The notes: a model not told the origin generated them from the letters alone. Positions 24,029 through 36,769 are shown, counted from the first letter of the stretch. The stretch is DNA of 64,000 nt from Cyanophora paradoxa CCMP329 (GCA_004431415.1 QPMI01000318.1:21503-85502), one strand, 5' to 3'. Program-made: numbers and translations.

Positions 24029-26514
24029 TCACATGACGAAGGGCTCGGTGGCGGGGTCGCAGACGAAGTTGGTGGAGAGCTGCGGCACCTGCTCGAAGCC
24101 CTTCTGCTTCACTGCGCGCCGCGCGGCCGACCCCGTCGGCCGCGGGATTCACCGGGCAGCGGCGGGGCGCGGGCGGCGCACTGAAGTCGCGGAGGGAGGA
24201 GAGGATGTTGCCGAGGGGCTGGCGCTGGCCCGACTTCATCATGACCTCGATGGTCATGTTGAACGCGTACCTGCCGCCCCGGCGTGAGGGCCGCGGCCCC
24301 GGGGCGGACGGCAGGCAGGGCCGCACGTCATGGCGCCGGCGGCCTTGCCCGAGAAGTGGGCATCCGCCGAACTGCGCCGCCGCCTCAGTCGCGGCCGAGG
24401 CGGCGGCGGGCGGGGAGGGGCGCACGTCTGCTCGTCGCGGCAGCCGGACCAGAGGATGACCTTGCCCTGGGAGCCCGGCGGGGCGGGTCCGGGGCCGGCG
24501 CGGGACTGGTAGCCGCCGGCGGCGTATGCGTCGCGCTGGCCGTCGAAGCCGTAGTCCATGCCGGGGCCGGCGCGGGACTGGTAGCCGTAGCCGCCGCGCA
24601 TGCCGCGGGCGGCCTGGCGGGAGAGCTTCGAGGTGAAGAGGTCCAGCGAGCGCATGTTCCCCAGCGAGCTGAGCAGGCCGCCCAGCATCCCGCCCTGCGC
24701 GCCCAGCGTGAGCTGGGCCAGGGCCCGAGCCCCGCAGGGGGCCCGCACCATGCCGCCGCCCATGCCGCCCATCTGGCCGCCCATCATGGGAGCGCCGCCC
24801 ATGGGCCGCATCATGCCGCCCTGGGGCGCGCAAGGGGCGTGAGGCGCGGGGCAACAGCGGGGGAAGGGGCGGCGGGGCGCACGAGGGAGCCCATGCCGCC
24901 CTGCATGAAGAGGGCGAGCTGCGCGGCGGCGACCTGCTGCAGCGAGGCGCCGCCGCCGAGGCCGAAGCAAGAGAGCAGGCCGCCGAGAGGGAGGCACGAG
25001 AGCAGGCCGCCCGAGGAGGGCCCGTACGACGGCGACGGCGCGTAGCCCTGGGGGGCCCCGTAGCCGCCGTAGCCGCCCTGCGGGGCGCCGTAGCCGCCGT
25101 AGCCGCCCTGCGGGGCGCCGTAGGACGGGGCCGGGGCGCCGCCGCCGAACATGCCACCGAGCATGGAGGAGAGGGTGTCCTGCGCGCGCGTCGACGGGGC
25201 GGGCGGCGGGGAGCGCTCTGGCGGGGGGCGCACGACGGCGCCCGGGTTGTTCTGGATCTGGGCGACGGCGGGGGAGAAGCTGTTGCTGACGCGGTGCGTG
25301 TACTCGAGGTCCATCCCGGTGCTGCCCCGCCGCTCAGGCCGAGGGCGCGCGTGGCTGGCAGGCCCCCGCCGAGGCGCACCCGGAGTGGCAGCAGTCGAGG
25401 ACGACGACGAGGGTGGCCCCCGGGGGCAGCCGGTTGACCAGCACCTGCCGCAGCTCGTCGTCCACGATGTACCCGCTCGGGCCCTGCTCCATGCAGTCCA
25501 CTGCGCCTCCCTCAGCGCCCGCGTATCGCCGGGGGGCGCGGGGCGCCGCACCGGGGCAGAGGGCCTCGTCCTGGCCGTCGGCCTCGTCGCCCGAGCGGTC
25601 CGACACCTGCGTGCTGCCCGGCCCTCGGCGCCACGCTTCGACGCAGCGCTCGGGGCGGCGCACCCGTGGCCGGAGTACTGGAAGAATAGCTGGTCGCCAG
25701 GGCGGGCGCCGGAGGCGAGCCAGTTGAGGGCCGCCATGATGTTCCGCTTCGTCGGCTGGCGCTGCGCACCCGTGTCGGCAAAAGGACGCGCACGGAGGCC
25801 GCGCGAGGCGCCGGCGGACCTCATAGCCCACAGACGGATCTGAGAGGAAAGAATAAGAAGACGGTGAGAGAGGGACGCGGCGGGGACGGGAGGCGCCCAC
25901 CCTCGATGAGGACCTTCGCGAGTCGGGGGGAAGGACGAGAAACGAATGCGTTAGCAGCGCGACGTACGTACTCATCGGAGACGCCTTCGGTCACACACCT
26001 GCACGTTCTGTTTTGGGCAGCAGATCAGCGATCAGCGACACCAACTGAAGGCTAGAGAACGAATGCCAGGAACTCATTTGAAGGTGGCGAGGGACTTCTT
26101 TTAATGTATTCGATCTCAAACTTAACCGGAAGGCAATCGGATGCTGTGCTAGAGGATCGCCAGGCGGGCCACTGGGCTGATCTCGGGAAAACGGGGAAAG
26201 CGATCAGACGTACCTGGTTCGGGTAACCAAAGTAGGACGTGAGCAGATTGTGCCTGTGAGACGCGTTAGACGCTAGTCTGACGGCCAGGACGCCCAGGGC
26301 AAGAGTAACGGGTCGTTAACGCGTGTGCAACGGGCCAAGGGGTCTTCGCACCAAGTCTTCGTGTCGTTCACGCAACCGGCCAGCTTGCCCTGAGTCCTGT
26401 AACCGGAAACAAAGCAAGGTTCGGCCTTGCCAAAGCCACAACCCCAAACCCAACGCCCGCCGCATACCAGTTGTTGTAGTTGATGCCAACCAGCACAGCC
26501 TTTTTGTCGCCCAT
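24029..26514 (-). CDS. Metacaspase (peptidase C14B) without prodomain, with a long Gly/Met/Tyr-rich linker
   Basis: MGDKKAVLVGINY...LAGCVND, PTKRNIMAALNWL, FQYSGHG (catalytic His), LDCCHSGT (catalytic Cys), SGCRDEQTSAD, AGAMT, QVPQLS. Confidence 0.92.
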
Positions 26515-26712
26515 CTTTTCGAGCTTCCGTGAACGTGGGGCTGTAGGACAGGTCTCCCGACAGGTTCGAACGTGTAGCCCCCTTGAATTCCAAGGGGGGC
26601 GTGGGCAGTGCAGTTACGAGCACACGCACCCGAATAAGCTACGAAAGCATCTAGAGCCTCGTCCAATCGACCAGCGCGGCGGTGCGGGGTGCACCGCACC
26701 CGAGCTGCAACA

Positions 26713-29104
26713 ATGTATCACAGGTCTGTCCGCCCGAGGCCTGCGCGTTGCCTCGCTTGCTGCGGTGCAAAAAGCTGATCATGCGTTTCCCTTGCGTGTG
26801 CAGCTTTATGGTGAGCCGAATAGCTCCGGCAGTCCACCGGTCTGCCGAACACACAGTGATACGCGCAGGTCTGCGGGACGCGTTTCGATGTTGACACACG
26901 ATACCAGCTCATAAAGCCCATCGGGCAAGGAGCCTACGGGTGCGCAGCAGCGTGGCTGTGCTCGGACCGGTTGCGTCTGAGCGGGCGCGGCAGGGTCGTC
27001 TGCTCCGCGCACGACTCGCAGGCGGACGAGAAGGTTGCGATCAAGAAGATTACGAAGGCGTTCGACCACGTGACGGATATCAAGCGGACCCTGCGGGAAA
27101 TCAAGCTGCTGCGGCACTTTGACCACGAGAACGTGATCTCCATACGGGACATCCTGCGCCCCATCAGCAAGGCGCAGTTCGAGGACGTGTACATCGTGAC
27201 GCCGTTGATGGACACGGACCTGCACCGCATCATCCAGTCCTCGCAGCCCATCTCCGACGAGCACTGCCAGTACTTCCTCTACCAGGCGCGCCGGCCCCCG
27301 CCACGGCCGCCCCCCGCCCGCCCCCGGCAGCGCCGCGCGGGGCATGGCGAGCGGCTGCGCAGGTGCTGCGCGGCCTCAAGTACATCCACTCGGCGCACGT
27401 CCTCCACCGCGACCTCGTGCGGGCCCCGCCCCGCCCCCCGCCGCCCGCCCCGCCCCCCCGCCGCCCGGCGCCGAGCCCCGCGCAGAAGCCCAGCAACCTG
27501 CTCGTCAACCGCAACTGCGACCTGAAGGCCCGCCCCGCGCCGCGCGGCTCGGCGGGCGGACGCGGGGCTGAGGCGGGTGCGCAGATCTGCGACTTCGGCC
27601 TGGCGCGGCTGGCGCGCCCCGACGACCCATGGTCGAAAAGAACATGACCGAGTGCGCCGGCGCCGCGCCGGCCGGGGCGGGCCGGGCCGGGCGGGGCGAG
27701 CGGGCGGGGCGCAGGTACGTGGCGACGCGCTGGTACCGCGCCCCCGAGATCATGCTCTCCTCCCGCGAGTACTCCAAAGCCAGTCCGCCCGCCCCCGCCC
27801 TCCCCTCCGCCCCGCCCCGGCCCCCGCGGCGCCGACGCGGGGCGCGGCAGTCGACGTCTGGTCGGCCGGCTGCATCTTCGCCGAGCTCCTCGGGCGCAAG
27901 CCGCTCTTCCCGGGCAAGGACTGTGCGCGCGGCCCGCGACGGGCAGCGGGAGGAGGGGGGCGGGGGTGAGGGGGCGGGGGCGGGGGCGCAGACATCCACC
28001 AGCTGAACCTGATCCTGGACCTGCTGGGGTCCCCCGCGGACGAGGACATCGCCTTCATCGAGCTCGAGAAGGCCCGCCGCTTCATCAAGGAGCGCCCCTA
28101 CAAGGCCCCCGTCCACCTCTCCAAGCTCTTCCCCAACGCCCCGCCCCTCGGTCCGCCCCGCCCCGCCCCGCCCCGCGCCCCGCCCCGCCCCCGCGCCGGG
28201 GGGCCGCCGAGCGGGCGGCAGCGCTGGACCTGCTGCAGAAGATGCTCGTCTTCAACCCCGCCAAGCGCATCACCGTCGAGGCCGTGCGCCCCCGCCCCCG
28301 CCCCCCCGCCCCGCCCAATGGCCCGAGGCCGAGGGGCGCGGGCGCAGGCGCTGGAGCACCCGTACCTGGACTCGCTGCACGACGCGTCGGACGAGCCGGT
28401 GGCGCACGCGGCGTTCAGCTTCGACTTCGAGAGCGCGGCGCTGACGGCGGCCGTCCTCAAGGAGGCTGTGTACAGCGAGATGCTCCAGTTCCACCCCGAG
28501 GCCGCCGAGGACGACCCCGAGCCCTCCCCCACCCTCCTCTCGTCCGCCCCGCCCCCGCCCCCGCCCCGCCCCTCCCCCCGCCCCCGCCCACACCCCAGCG
28601 CCAGGCCGGACGCGATGGAGATCACGCAGGCGGGGCGCGCGGGGGGCGCCCTCGTCCAGCCGCCCACCTTCGCCGGCCGGGGCCGCACAGGCGGCCGCGT
28701 GGGCGGCCGGGGAGGGGCGCGAGGGCAGAGCTACGGGGCCGGGGGCGGCGGGGCGGGGGCGCCACAGCTCCTCAACGCCGACTATGGCGGCTCCGAGCGC
28801 GCCTTCCCCCGTGCGCCCGCCCGGCCCGCCTCCCCCGCCCGCCCCTCACGCACGCGCCCCCTGCAGAGGCCGGCCCGCAGTGGACGCAGCAGCAGATGCA
28901 GGCGCAGGCGCAGCACTGGCCCGACCCGCCGCCGCGTGGGGCCCGGGGGCGCCGGCGCCCGGGCAGTGGGCGCAGGGGCGGCGGGGCGGGGCAGGCGGGG
29001 CGGGGGCGTTCGGGCAGTACGGGCAGGTGGCGGGGCGCGGGGACGCGGGCGGCTTCGGGCAGCACGCGCTCGCCCCGCCCTCCCCTTCCCACATGGTCTC
29101 CTAG
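26713..29104 (+). CDS. Mitogen-activated protein kinase, TEY type, with a C-terminal extension
   Basis: [68 protein letters not shown]. One apparent 1-nt indel near 27627. Confidence 0.95.
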
Positions 29105-29416
29105 CCCCGCCCCGCCCCGCCCCCCGCCCCGCCCCGCCCCGAGCCCCGCTCCCTCCCTCCCCTCGCCCCCCGCCCACCCGCTCCCGCCACGCTCCGCACC
29201 TTCCCCTCGCCTCGCTCTCTGCCACCCGACTATCGGAGTCGCGCCCCTACGCTTTCTCACTCCCCTCCCTTGATCCCCGGTTCCCCGGCTCCCTTCCAGC
29301 CGACCCCTCGCCCTTGCTCCCCTGGCAGCCCCACGCAGTGCAGCTCCCCTCCCCCGCAGTCAGTGTCGAGAGGCCTCTGTGCTCCGCTCCCATGCAGCAG
29401 ACGCCGAGGCAGCAGG

Positions 29417-31026
29417 CTACAGGGCGCAGCGGGAGGGGGCCGGGGCGGGGTGCGGGAGCTCGACGATGCAGAGGGTGTTGTAGTAGCTCGCGGCGGCGCA
29501 CAGCACGCGGCCCGGCAGCTCCACCGCCCTCGGCGTCCCCTCCCTGCGCCCCCCGCTCAGCAGCGTGCCGGCGGGGGCCGGGGCGGGGGCGGGCGCCTGT
29601 AGAGGTAGCGGTGGCCGGCGGCGTCGGGGTGCCCGAGGCGGCCGTCCGAGCCGCAGCCCCAGGTGAGGAGCGCCCCGTCCTCTGCCGGCGTCGTTCACGG
29701 CCCACCCGCGCGGGGAGCCCCGGGGCCGGGGCAGCGCACGGGTGACGCAGGCGCTGTGGATGCCGCCGGCGGCGGCGGCGCGCACGGGGCGGGCGGCGAG
29801 GCCCTCGACGGGGCGGGGGGAGGCGACGCGCGCCGCCCCACCGGCCTCCACGCCCAGCTGGCCCTTGTACGTCGCCCCGAACGCGTGGAGCGCCCCGGAG
29901 CCTGCCGCGCCCCGCTCGGCGCTCGGCGGCCGGCGGGCCGGGGCGGCGCGGACGGACAGTCGAGGGCGAGGGTGTGCCCGTGGGCCTCCCCCGCGCTGCA
30001 CGAGGCGGCGGCGAAGCGGCCCGGCGCCGACCGGCGCACCTCGGCGGGGGCGGCGCGCGAGGCGGCGGCGGCGGCGCCGGCGCCGAGCTGGCCCTCGTCG
30101 TTGGCGCCCCAGGCGAAGAGGCGGCCCTCCTCCGTGACCGCCGCCCCGTGCGCCCCGCCCAGCGCCACGCACCGCACGCGTCCGCCCAGCGCCGCCGGGT
30201 CCACCCGGCACGGCACCCCCCGGCTCTCCTCGTCCCCGAGCCCCAGCTGCCCGCCCCGCCGCCGGCGGTCGGGCGCGGGCGCGGCGGCGGGCAGGGGCGA
30301 CGGCCGGGCGTGGGGTGACCTTGCCGCGGCGGTTGCAGCCCCAGACGAAGAGCTCGCCGGCGACGGTCACGGCGGCCGTCGCCTGCCGGCCGCAGGACAC
30401 CGACGCCACCCGCGCCCCCGCCAGCGCCTCCACCCGCCGCGGCCGCGCCTCGTCCCCCGCGCCCCATGCCCCAGCGCCCCCCGCGAGCCGCAGCCCCACG
30501 TGTAGACACGCCCCTCGCCTGCCCCCGCCCCACGCGGTCAGCGGGGCCGGGCCGGCGGCGGTGCAGAGGCAGCGTGGTGCGCACGGTCGAGGGCGGCGCA
30601 GTGGGCGTCCCCGGCGGCGACGGCGGCGACGGGCGGCAGGCCGCTCACGCGCACCGCCTCGTGCCGCTCCTCCCCGTCCCCCACCCCTAGGCGGCCCGAG
30701 CGGTTTAGGCCCCACGCCCACACCTGCCCTAGGCGTCAGCGGCGGCCGGGCCTCGCTGGCGAGGTGCGCACCTCGCCCTCCTCGGTCAGCAGCAGCGCTA
30801 AGTGTGACCCGCAGGTGACCTGCGCCGCCACGCCAGGCACGCGCTGGGCGACCCGCACGGGCGTGATCGCCTTCGGCAGCTTCGAGGGCGCCGCGCAGAG
30901 GACCCCGTGCCTGCCCGCCGCGCGTCAGCGATCCTTGCGCGACGCTGCCAGGCTGCGGGCGCACGAATTGAGACCCCATCCCATCACTATCCTCGATCCT
31001 CCCGTCGGAGCAGCGCTCGAAGACAT
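29417..31026 (-). CDS. RCC1-repeat beta-propeller protein
   Basis: Repeated RCC1 units: VWAWGLNRSGRLG...VAAGDAH, LFVWGCNRRG, VALGGAHG, LFAWGANDEGQLG, SAGEAH, AAGGIHS, WGCGSDGRLGH. Confidence 0.88.
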
Positions 31027-31637
31027 TGCACGTCGACTTGCGTTGGTCACTCAGCGGTTGCAGGCGCGGCTATGTACAGCTGGTGGTTCGAGAGTACTGG
31101 TTTCCGGATGCAGATACGAAGTTCTATGAAAGAAGTGCGTGTTGTGTGCAATGCAAAAATCCCCGGCCCGCTCTAGCTAGATCTGCCGGCTTCAAATTTA
31201 GGCGCTCACCCGACATGTCATATGACCGCGCGCTGAATCGGAGATCTAGCTTTGTCGGTGTCTGCATGTCCGTTTGCACGCGCTGAGACCCGGAGAGGCC
31301 GCTGACCACGATTAACTTCTCGCGCCTGAATTTCGATCGATCGCTGTACCACGGGGGAAGAAGGGAGGGGGGAAGAAGGGAGGAAAAAAAGAGGGGGGGT
31401 AGCGAGTTCGGTGCAAGCTGCAGCGAACGACGGTCTCGAGCTCGTACATACGTATGTGAGATCAATCTGCGCGTATTCTCTGCATCATGCCTCCCGCAAG
31501 GCCGCCAGTGCGACTGCGACTACAAGGGTGCGTCTTCGCCTTCGCTGCGAGCACTCGTTGAGCGGCCACGCGACGTTACTTGATCGTTATTTTGTGGCAC
31601 GAGCTCACGCGGACGCAGGTGGGAAGATGGAGAACCG

Positions 31638-32722
31638 ATGGATCGCGTCGTGGAGGTCTTCGACAGGTGCTCGAGCTCGCCTGGACATGCGGCGCGCTCG
31701 TCTGCGCTCCGCACGCACCTGAGGCGGTACAGGTGGGAAGCGCACGGGGCGACGTCCATCACGATCATGATGCCGGACGGCGTCGAGGTCGTGTTGCGGC
31801 AGCGGCCCAACGAGCAGGGCGCCAAAAAGATCGGCGTGGGCGCCTGCGTCTGGGAGGGCGAGGTCCTGCTCGCCGCCTTCCTTGCCGAGGAGCTGGCGGG
31901 GGCCCCGCGGGGCGCCGAGCCCTTCCGCGGCAAGACCGTCCTCGAGCTCGGCGCCGGGCCCGGCGCCGCCGGCCTCTACCTCGTGCGCGGGCCGGCCTTG
32001 CGCGAGGCGCAGAGGGGCGGGGCGGGCTCGAGCCGGCGGGCGGGCGCGGGGGGCGCCAGGCGAAGCTGGGGCGCGGGTGGCGGTGACGGACATGGCGAAG
32101 GTGGTGCCCCTCGCGGAGGAGAACGTGGCCCTCAACGCCGCCGACGTCGCCCGCCGCGGCGGCTCCTGCGCCGCCGCCGAGCTCGAGTGGGGCGCCCCGG
32201 GCTACGAGGCGCGCCTGCGCGAGGTCGCAGCCGCGCTGGGGAGCTCCGACGGGCCGTCGACTTCGTCATCGCCGCCGACATCTGCTACGAGGCCCGCCCG
32301 CCCGCCCCGCCCCGCCCGCCCGCCCCGCCCCGTCCCCCGCCTCTCACCCCGCCCCACCAGCAGGAGAACGTCCGCCTCCCCTCTCCCTCCCTCCCCCCCC
32401 TTCCCCCCCCCCCCCCTTCACGACGGCGGCGCAGGAACTGCCGAGCCCGAGTATGCCGCACTTCGTGCGGGCGTGCCGCCTCCTGTGCGACCCCGCCCGC
32501 ACCCGCGTCATCATCTCCTTCGAGGCGCGCGCCCCGCCCGGCGCCGGCCCCCCGCCTGGCCTGAGGGTGCCGGGGGGGCAGGTGCGGACGGCGGCGGCGC
32601 GTGGGGCGCTACTGGCGGCGGCGGAGGAGGCGTTCCGGGAGGTGCGGCGGGTGGCGGGGGAGCGGGTGCCGGCGCAGTTCCGCCACCGCGACCACCTCGA
32701 GCTCTTCGAGCTCCTCCCCTGA
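31638..32722 (+). CDS. METTL21/EEF1AKMT-like (Methyltransf_16) protein lysine methyltransferase
   Basis: GVGACVWEGEVLL, KTVLELGAGPG, VAVTD, ELEWG, DFVIAADICY, IISFE. One apparent 1-nt indel near 32253. Confidence 0.88.
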
Positions 32723-33412
32723 ACGCGCCCCCCGCCCCGCGCCCCCCGCCCTCGCCGCCCCCGCACCCCTCCCCTCCGAGGCGCTCGCTCCTCCCCCACG
32801 CCGGCCCGCCGGCGCCGGCGCCCTCCTTTACGCCCCAGGTCCCGGCCCCCACACCGTTTAATTTCGAGATGCACTTCGAGTTCCCGAGTCAGTCCTTCAG
32901 TGCACGTGGGTGGCAGCCGGCTAGCTGCCAGATCCAATACCAATAATGCTGACGATGAGCATAGGATGCCGCCGCGCAGTAGTAGCCTTGTAGAGTCCCA
33001 TCCCGGGTGCCCCCGAGCTGGAGCCCGCGGCTGGGACTGCTATGCCATGATGGGGAGCCTGCCCCTAGGCCCTCAAGCCTCGGAGCCGGACGAGGCCATG
33101 GCCACATCATGGCATCGATATCATGATCATGCATATGCATACTATCATATGTAGTACTACGGTATGAATTTCGGCGAACTTCGGAACTTCGGAACTCAGC
33201 TGCAGCTAGCGCTAGAGCTAGAGCTTCGAATTCATAATCAAGGCTTCGGCCCGGGCGGAAACCGTTGAACCTCGCCGCCGAGTCGACGCTCCGAGTCGAC
33301 GTCCGAGGCTTCAAAGGCTTGCGCATGCACTACGGTACTCAGTGACTACGGTACTACGTATACGGTAGGCGCTGCCAGGCCCTGAGGCTGCGCGAAATTT
33401 TAATTTGGGGAG

Positions 33413-34568
33413 TTTTGCAATTCCAAGTTCGAATTCGAATTCAACTTGCAAATTGCAAGACTCTGATCATGAGATGCCATGATGATCATGATTAGATCCA
33501 AATTGCAATATTAATATCTGCACCGATGATCGGTCTAATGTGTCATGATCAGTGCACGTGCACGTGACAAGCTAGCAGCCTGGCAGCAACCCTAAGGCCT
33601 GCTGTGCCGCAGTGCACGTGCGCAGGCCCCTGATCATGAGGCACTGCGGCGTGCACAGCGCTACTACTAGGCTAGGCTATATCCTTCGAACTTGATCGAC
33701 ACTGCGCATGCAACCGTTGAAATCGACGAACTAAACTTGAAACTCGAACCGTTCATGTAGCCCTAGAAGCCGCGCTTGTTTTGCTGCAAAAACTCTACAT
33801 CTAGAGCCCCGCAGGAAAACTTCACAGCCCCAGCCCTTTGACATTCGGCGACTTACTTTGCGCACACCAGTAATACCACCCGAAGCTGTTTTGCAATTCG
33901 AATACAACTTGCAAGATGATCATGATCAGATCATCGGATCCAAATTGCAATATTAATTGGCAACTTGCAAGTTGGCCGGGCAATGAATCGGTGACTGATT
34001 AATTGATATTTGAGCATCATGGCGTGCGCAATTGCAAGGCTTCATTATCAATTGCAAGCTTGAAGGCTTAAGCTTCGAATTCAATCATTTGAATATCGAA
34101 CCAGTACTAGTCCGTCGGTCTCATGTCTCAGAGTCTCTCAGAGTCTCATGCATATATGATCAGTGACCAGCCTGGCAGCCCCCCCCCCTCCCCCGCGCGC
34201 GGTCGACGTCGCGCGGCGGCCTGCTGGTATACATCTGCAGGCCCCTGATCATGATCATCAGGCACTGCGGTACTGCGGCGTGCACAGCGCTAGCGCTACT
34301 AGGCTATAGCCTTGCAAAATCGACACTGCGCATGCAACCGTACGTTGAACTCGACAAACTAAACTTCAAACTTGAACCGTTCAAGAAGCCCTAGAAGCCG
34401 CGCTTCAAGGCTTGTTTTGCTGCGAAAACTCTACTTCTAGAGCCCCGCAGGAAAACTTCACAGCCCCAGCCCGACGCCGTGACTCAGTGACGTCGACGGA
34501 GCCGCGCGGCTTCCTCTTGACATTCGGCGACTTACTTCGCGCACACCAGTAATACCACCCGAAGCTGT
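33413..34568. repeat. Diverged tandem duplication (about 33413-33888 and 33889-34568) inside a palindrome-rich intergenic tract
   Basis: Both copies begin TTTTGCAATTC and end CACACCAGTAATACCACCCGAAGCTGT. The best-aligned blocks are 33622-33888 and 34237-34568. Confidence 0.88.
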
Positions 34569-34725
34569 CTGCTGGAGGGGACGGCGGCAAGCCCCGCCCG
34601 CTGCGCGCCCCGAGCGAACACTATGCCGCACGAGGCGAGCGATTGCACACACGCGGCTGCACTCTAACTGCGGCGCTCCCCTAGGAGCGAGGGGAGGGAA
34701 GATGCGCCACTTGCGGGTAGGGGCC

Positions 34726-36673
34726 TCAGATGAGGTCCGCCACTGCGTGGGGAGTGTGAGGCGGGGGCGGGGGCGGAAGCTGCGCGCGGGGGCGGGGGCG
34801 GAGGCGGGGGCGGGGCGGACCGTTCATGGGCATTTCGTCGATCTGGGTGGAGTAGAACTGTTCGATATCGCGGAGGATGCGAATGTCGTCGTTCTTCACG
34901 AAGTTGATCGCCACACCCTTGCGCCCGAAACGGCCCGAGCGCCCAATCCTGCACGCCCCGTGAGCCGCGCCGGCTGCAAGGCGGGGCGGGGCGGGCGCCT
35001 GTGGATGTAGAGCTCGCGGTTGTTGGGGAGGTCGTAGTTGATGACGAGGGAGACCTGGGCGACGTCCAGCCCGCGCGCCCACACGTCCGTCGTGATCAGC
35101 ACCCGGCTGCACCCCCCTCCGTTGAGCGCGGGGCGGGCGGGGCGTGAAGCGGGGCGCGGGTTGGGGTGGGCGCGCCTGTTCCCCTGGCGGAACTCGCCCA
35201 TGATGGCGTCGCGCTCCTTCTGCGGCATATCGCCGTGCATCGCCGACACCGTGAAGTTCGCTTTCCGCATCTTCTCCGTCAGCCAGTCCACCTGCGCGGG
35301 GCTCGGGCCGGCGCGGCGCGGCGGGCGGGGGCAGGCGGGACGGGCCTTCCGGCGGGTGTTGCAGAAGATGACGGCCTGGGTGATGGTAAGGGTGTCGTAG
35401 AGGTCGCACAGCGTGTCGAACTTCCACTCCTCCTTCTCCACCGCCACGAAGAACTGCTTGATCCCTGCCGCACCGTCGGCCCCCGCCCGCCAGCTAGCCA
35501 GACCCCCCGGCCACCGCCCGCACCCTCGAGCGTCAACTCATCACGCTTCACCAGGATGCGAACGGGGTCCGTCATGAACTTGTTCGTCATCTCAAGGATC
35601 TCGTGCGGCATGGTAGCCGAGATGAGGATGACCTGGCCGCGCACATCAGGCCCGGCGCGACCCGTGACCGGCAGAAACCCACCTGGGTCGCGGGGGGGAG
35701 GTAGCGGTACACATCGTAGATCTGCTCCTTGAACCCGCGGCTGAGCATCTCGTCCGCCTCGTCAAGCAGCAGCATCTTTATGGAGCGCGTGCGCAGGTTC
35801 CGCCGCCGGATCATATCTGGGCGCAGCGCAGGGTCGAAGAAGACTCAAAAAGAAAGGAAAGCCATAAAGCTAACCGAAAACACGGCCCGGAGTGCCGGAC
35901 ACGGCGTGGACGCCGTTGTCAAGATTCCGGATGTCATCGCCGATGCTCTTGCCACCGATGCAGGCGTGAGCCTGCACGTTCATGTGATCGCCAACAGCTT
36001 TCATGACCTGGGCGGGCAGACATCAGAGCGAATCGCGCAAGGTACGGCATGGTCAGCGATGGGCGGACCTTCTGGGTCTGCGTCGCCAGCTCACGGGTGG
36101 GAGAGAGCACGAGAGCCTGAACCTCCCGGAGAGAAGTATCGATGCACTGCAGGATCGAGATGCACATAAGAGTTGTCTTGCCCGTGCCGGACTGGGCCTG
36201 TGCAATCACGTCCCGGCCCTTGCAAATGGGCACGATGGCACGCTGCTGAATGGCTGAAGGCTTCTCCATGCCTGCGCGTCCGCAGAAAACAGCAGCGGTC
36301 AGCCGGTGGCGGCCACGAAAACTTCCGAGTATCGCTGGCGGCTACGGCAGACCATATCCGTAGATTCCGCGCAGCAGGTCATCACGCAGGCCCATGGAAT
36401 CGAACGACTTGATGACATCGACGCCCGGCGTGGTCTCGAACTCCCTGAAATGCGGGGTCACACGGATGTGAACGCGAATGGAACGAGGACGCACAGCTTG
36501 GAGTCGTCGACATCTGTCTGGCGGGTGGCTGCGACGAGTGTAAGAGACAAACGAAATCGGCGGAGGCCACAGAACCCGCGAGGGCGGGATGGTCGGGGGG
36601 CTAGAGGACGGGAGGGCGCCGAGGATGGCCCGAAGCCGTGCGACGCCACGTACGAACCTCTCCGAGGCTCCAT
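34726..36673 (-). CDS. EIF4A3: eIF4A-III / DDX48 DEAD-box helicase (exon-junction complex core)
   Basis: [98 protein letters not shown]. The WARG and GRSGR variants point to eIF4A3. Confidence 0.96.
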
Positions 36674-36769
36674 GCTGAAACTAGCTCTACGCGACTTTGC
36701 CTGTTTCGCCGCGGAACAAGCCCGAGCAGCTGTACCCCCCAGTGGAATTTGTTCGACGCAAGAGCAGCA

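Noticed and set aside
21921-25379. Very long Arg/Pro/Gly/Ala-rich ORFs in the track (1152 aa here; also 57197-59872, 59978-62554, 9331-11493)
   Set aside because: Stop-poor shadow or intron read-through frames caused by extreme GC content. They cross real spliced genes and have no coherent domain.
27620-27635. Apparent frameshifts in MAPK (and METTL21-like ~32253, F-box ~17890, SIZ-like tail, ABCA ~60657) as pseudogenes or programmed frameshifts
   Set aside because: Where I could localise them they are small indels in or next to C/G runs within otherwise intact genes, so most likely long-read consensus errors. Short-read polishing would decide.
29417-31026. RCC1-repeat protein as the UV-B receptor UVR8
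   Set aside because: It lacks the GWRHT tryptophan motifs.
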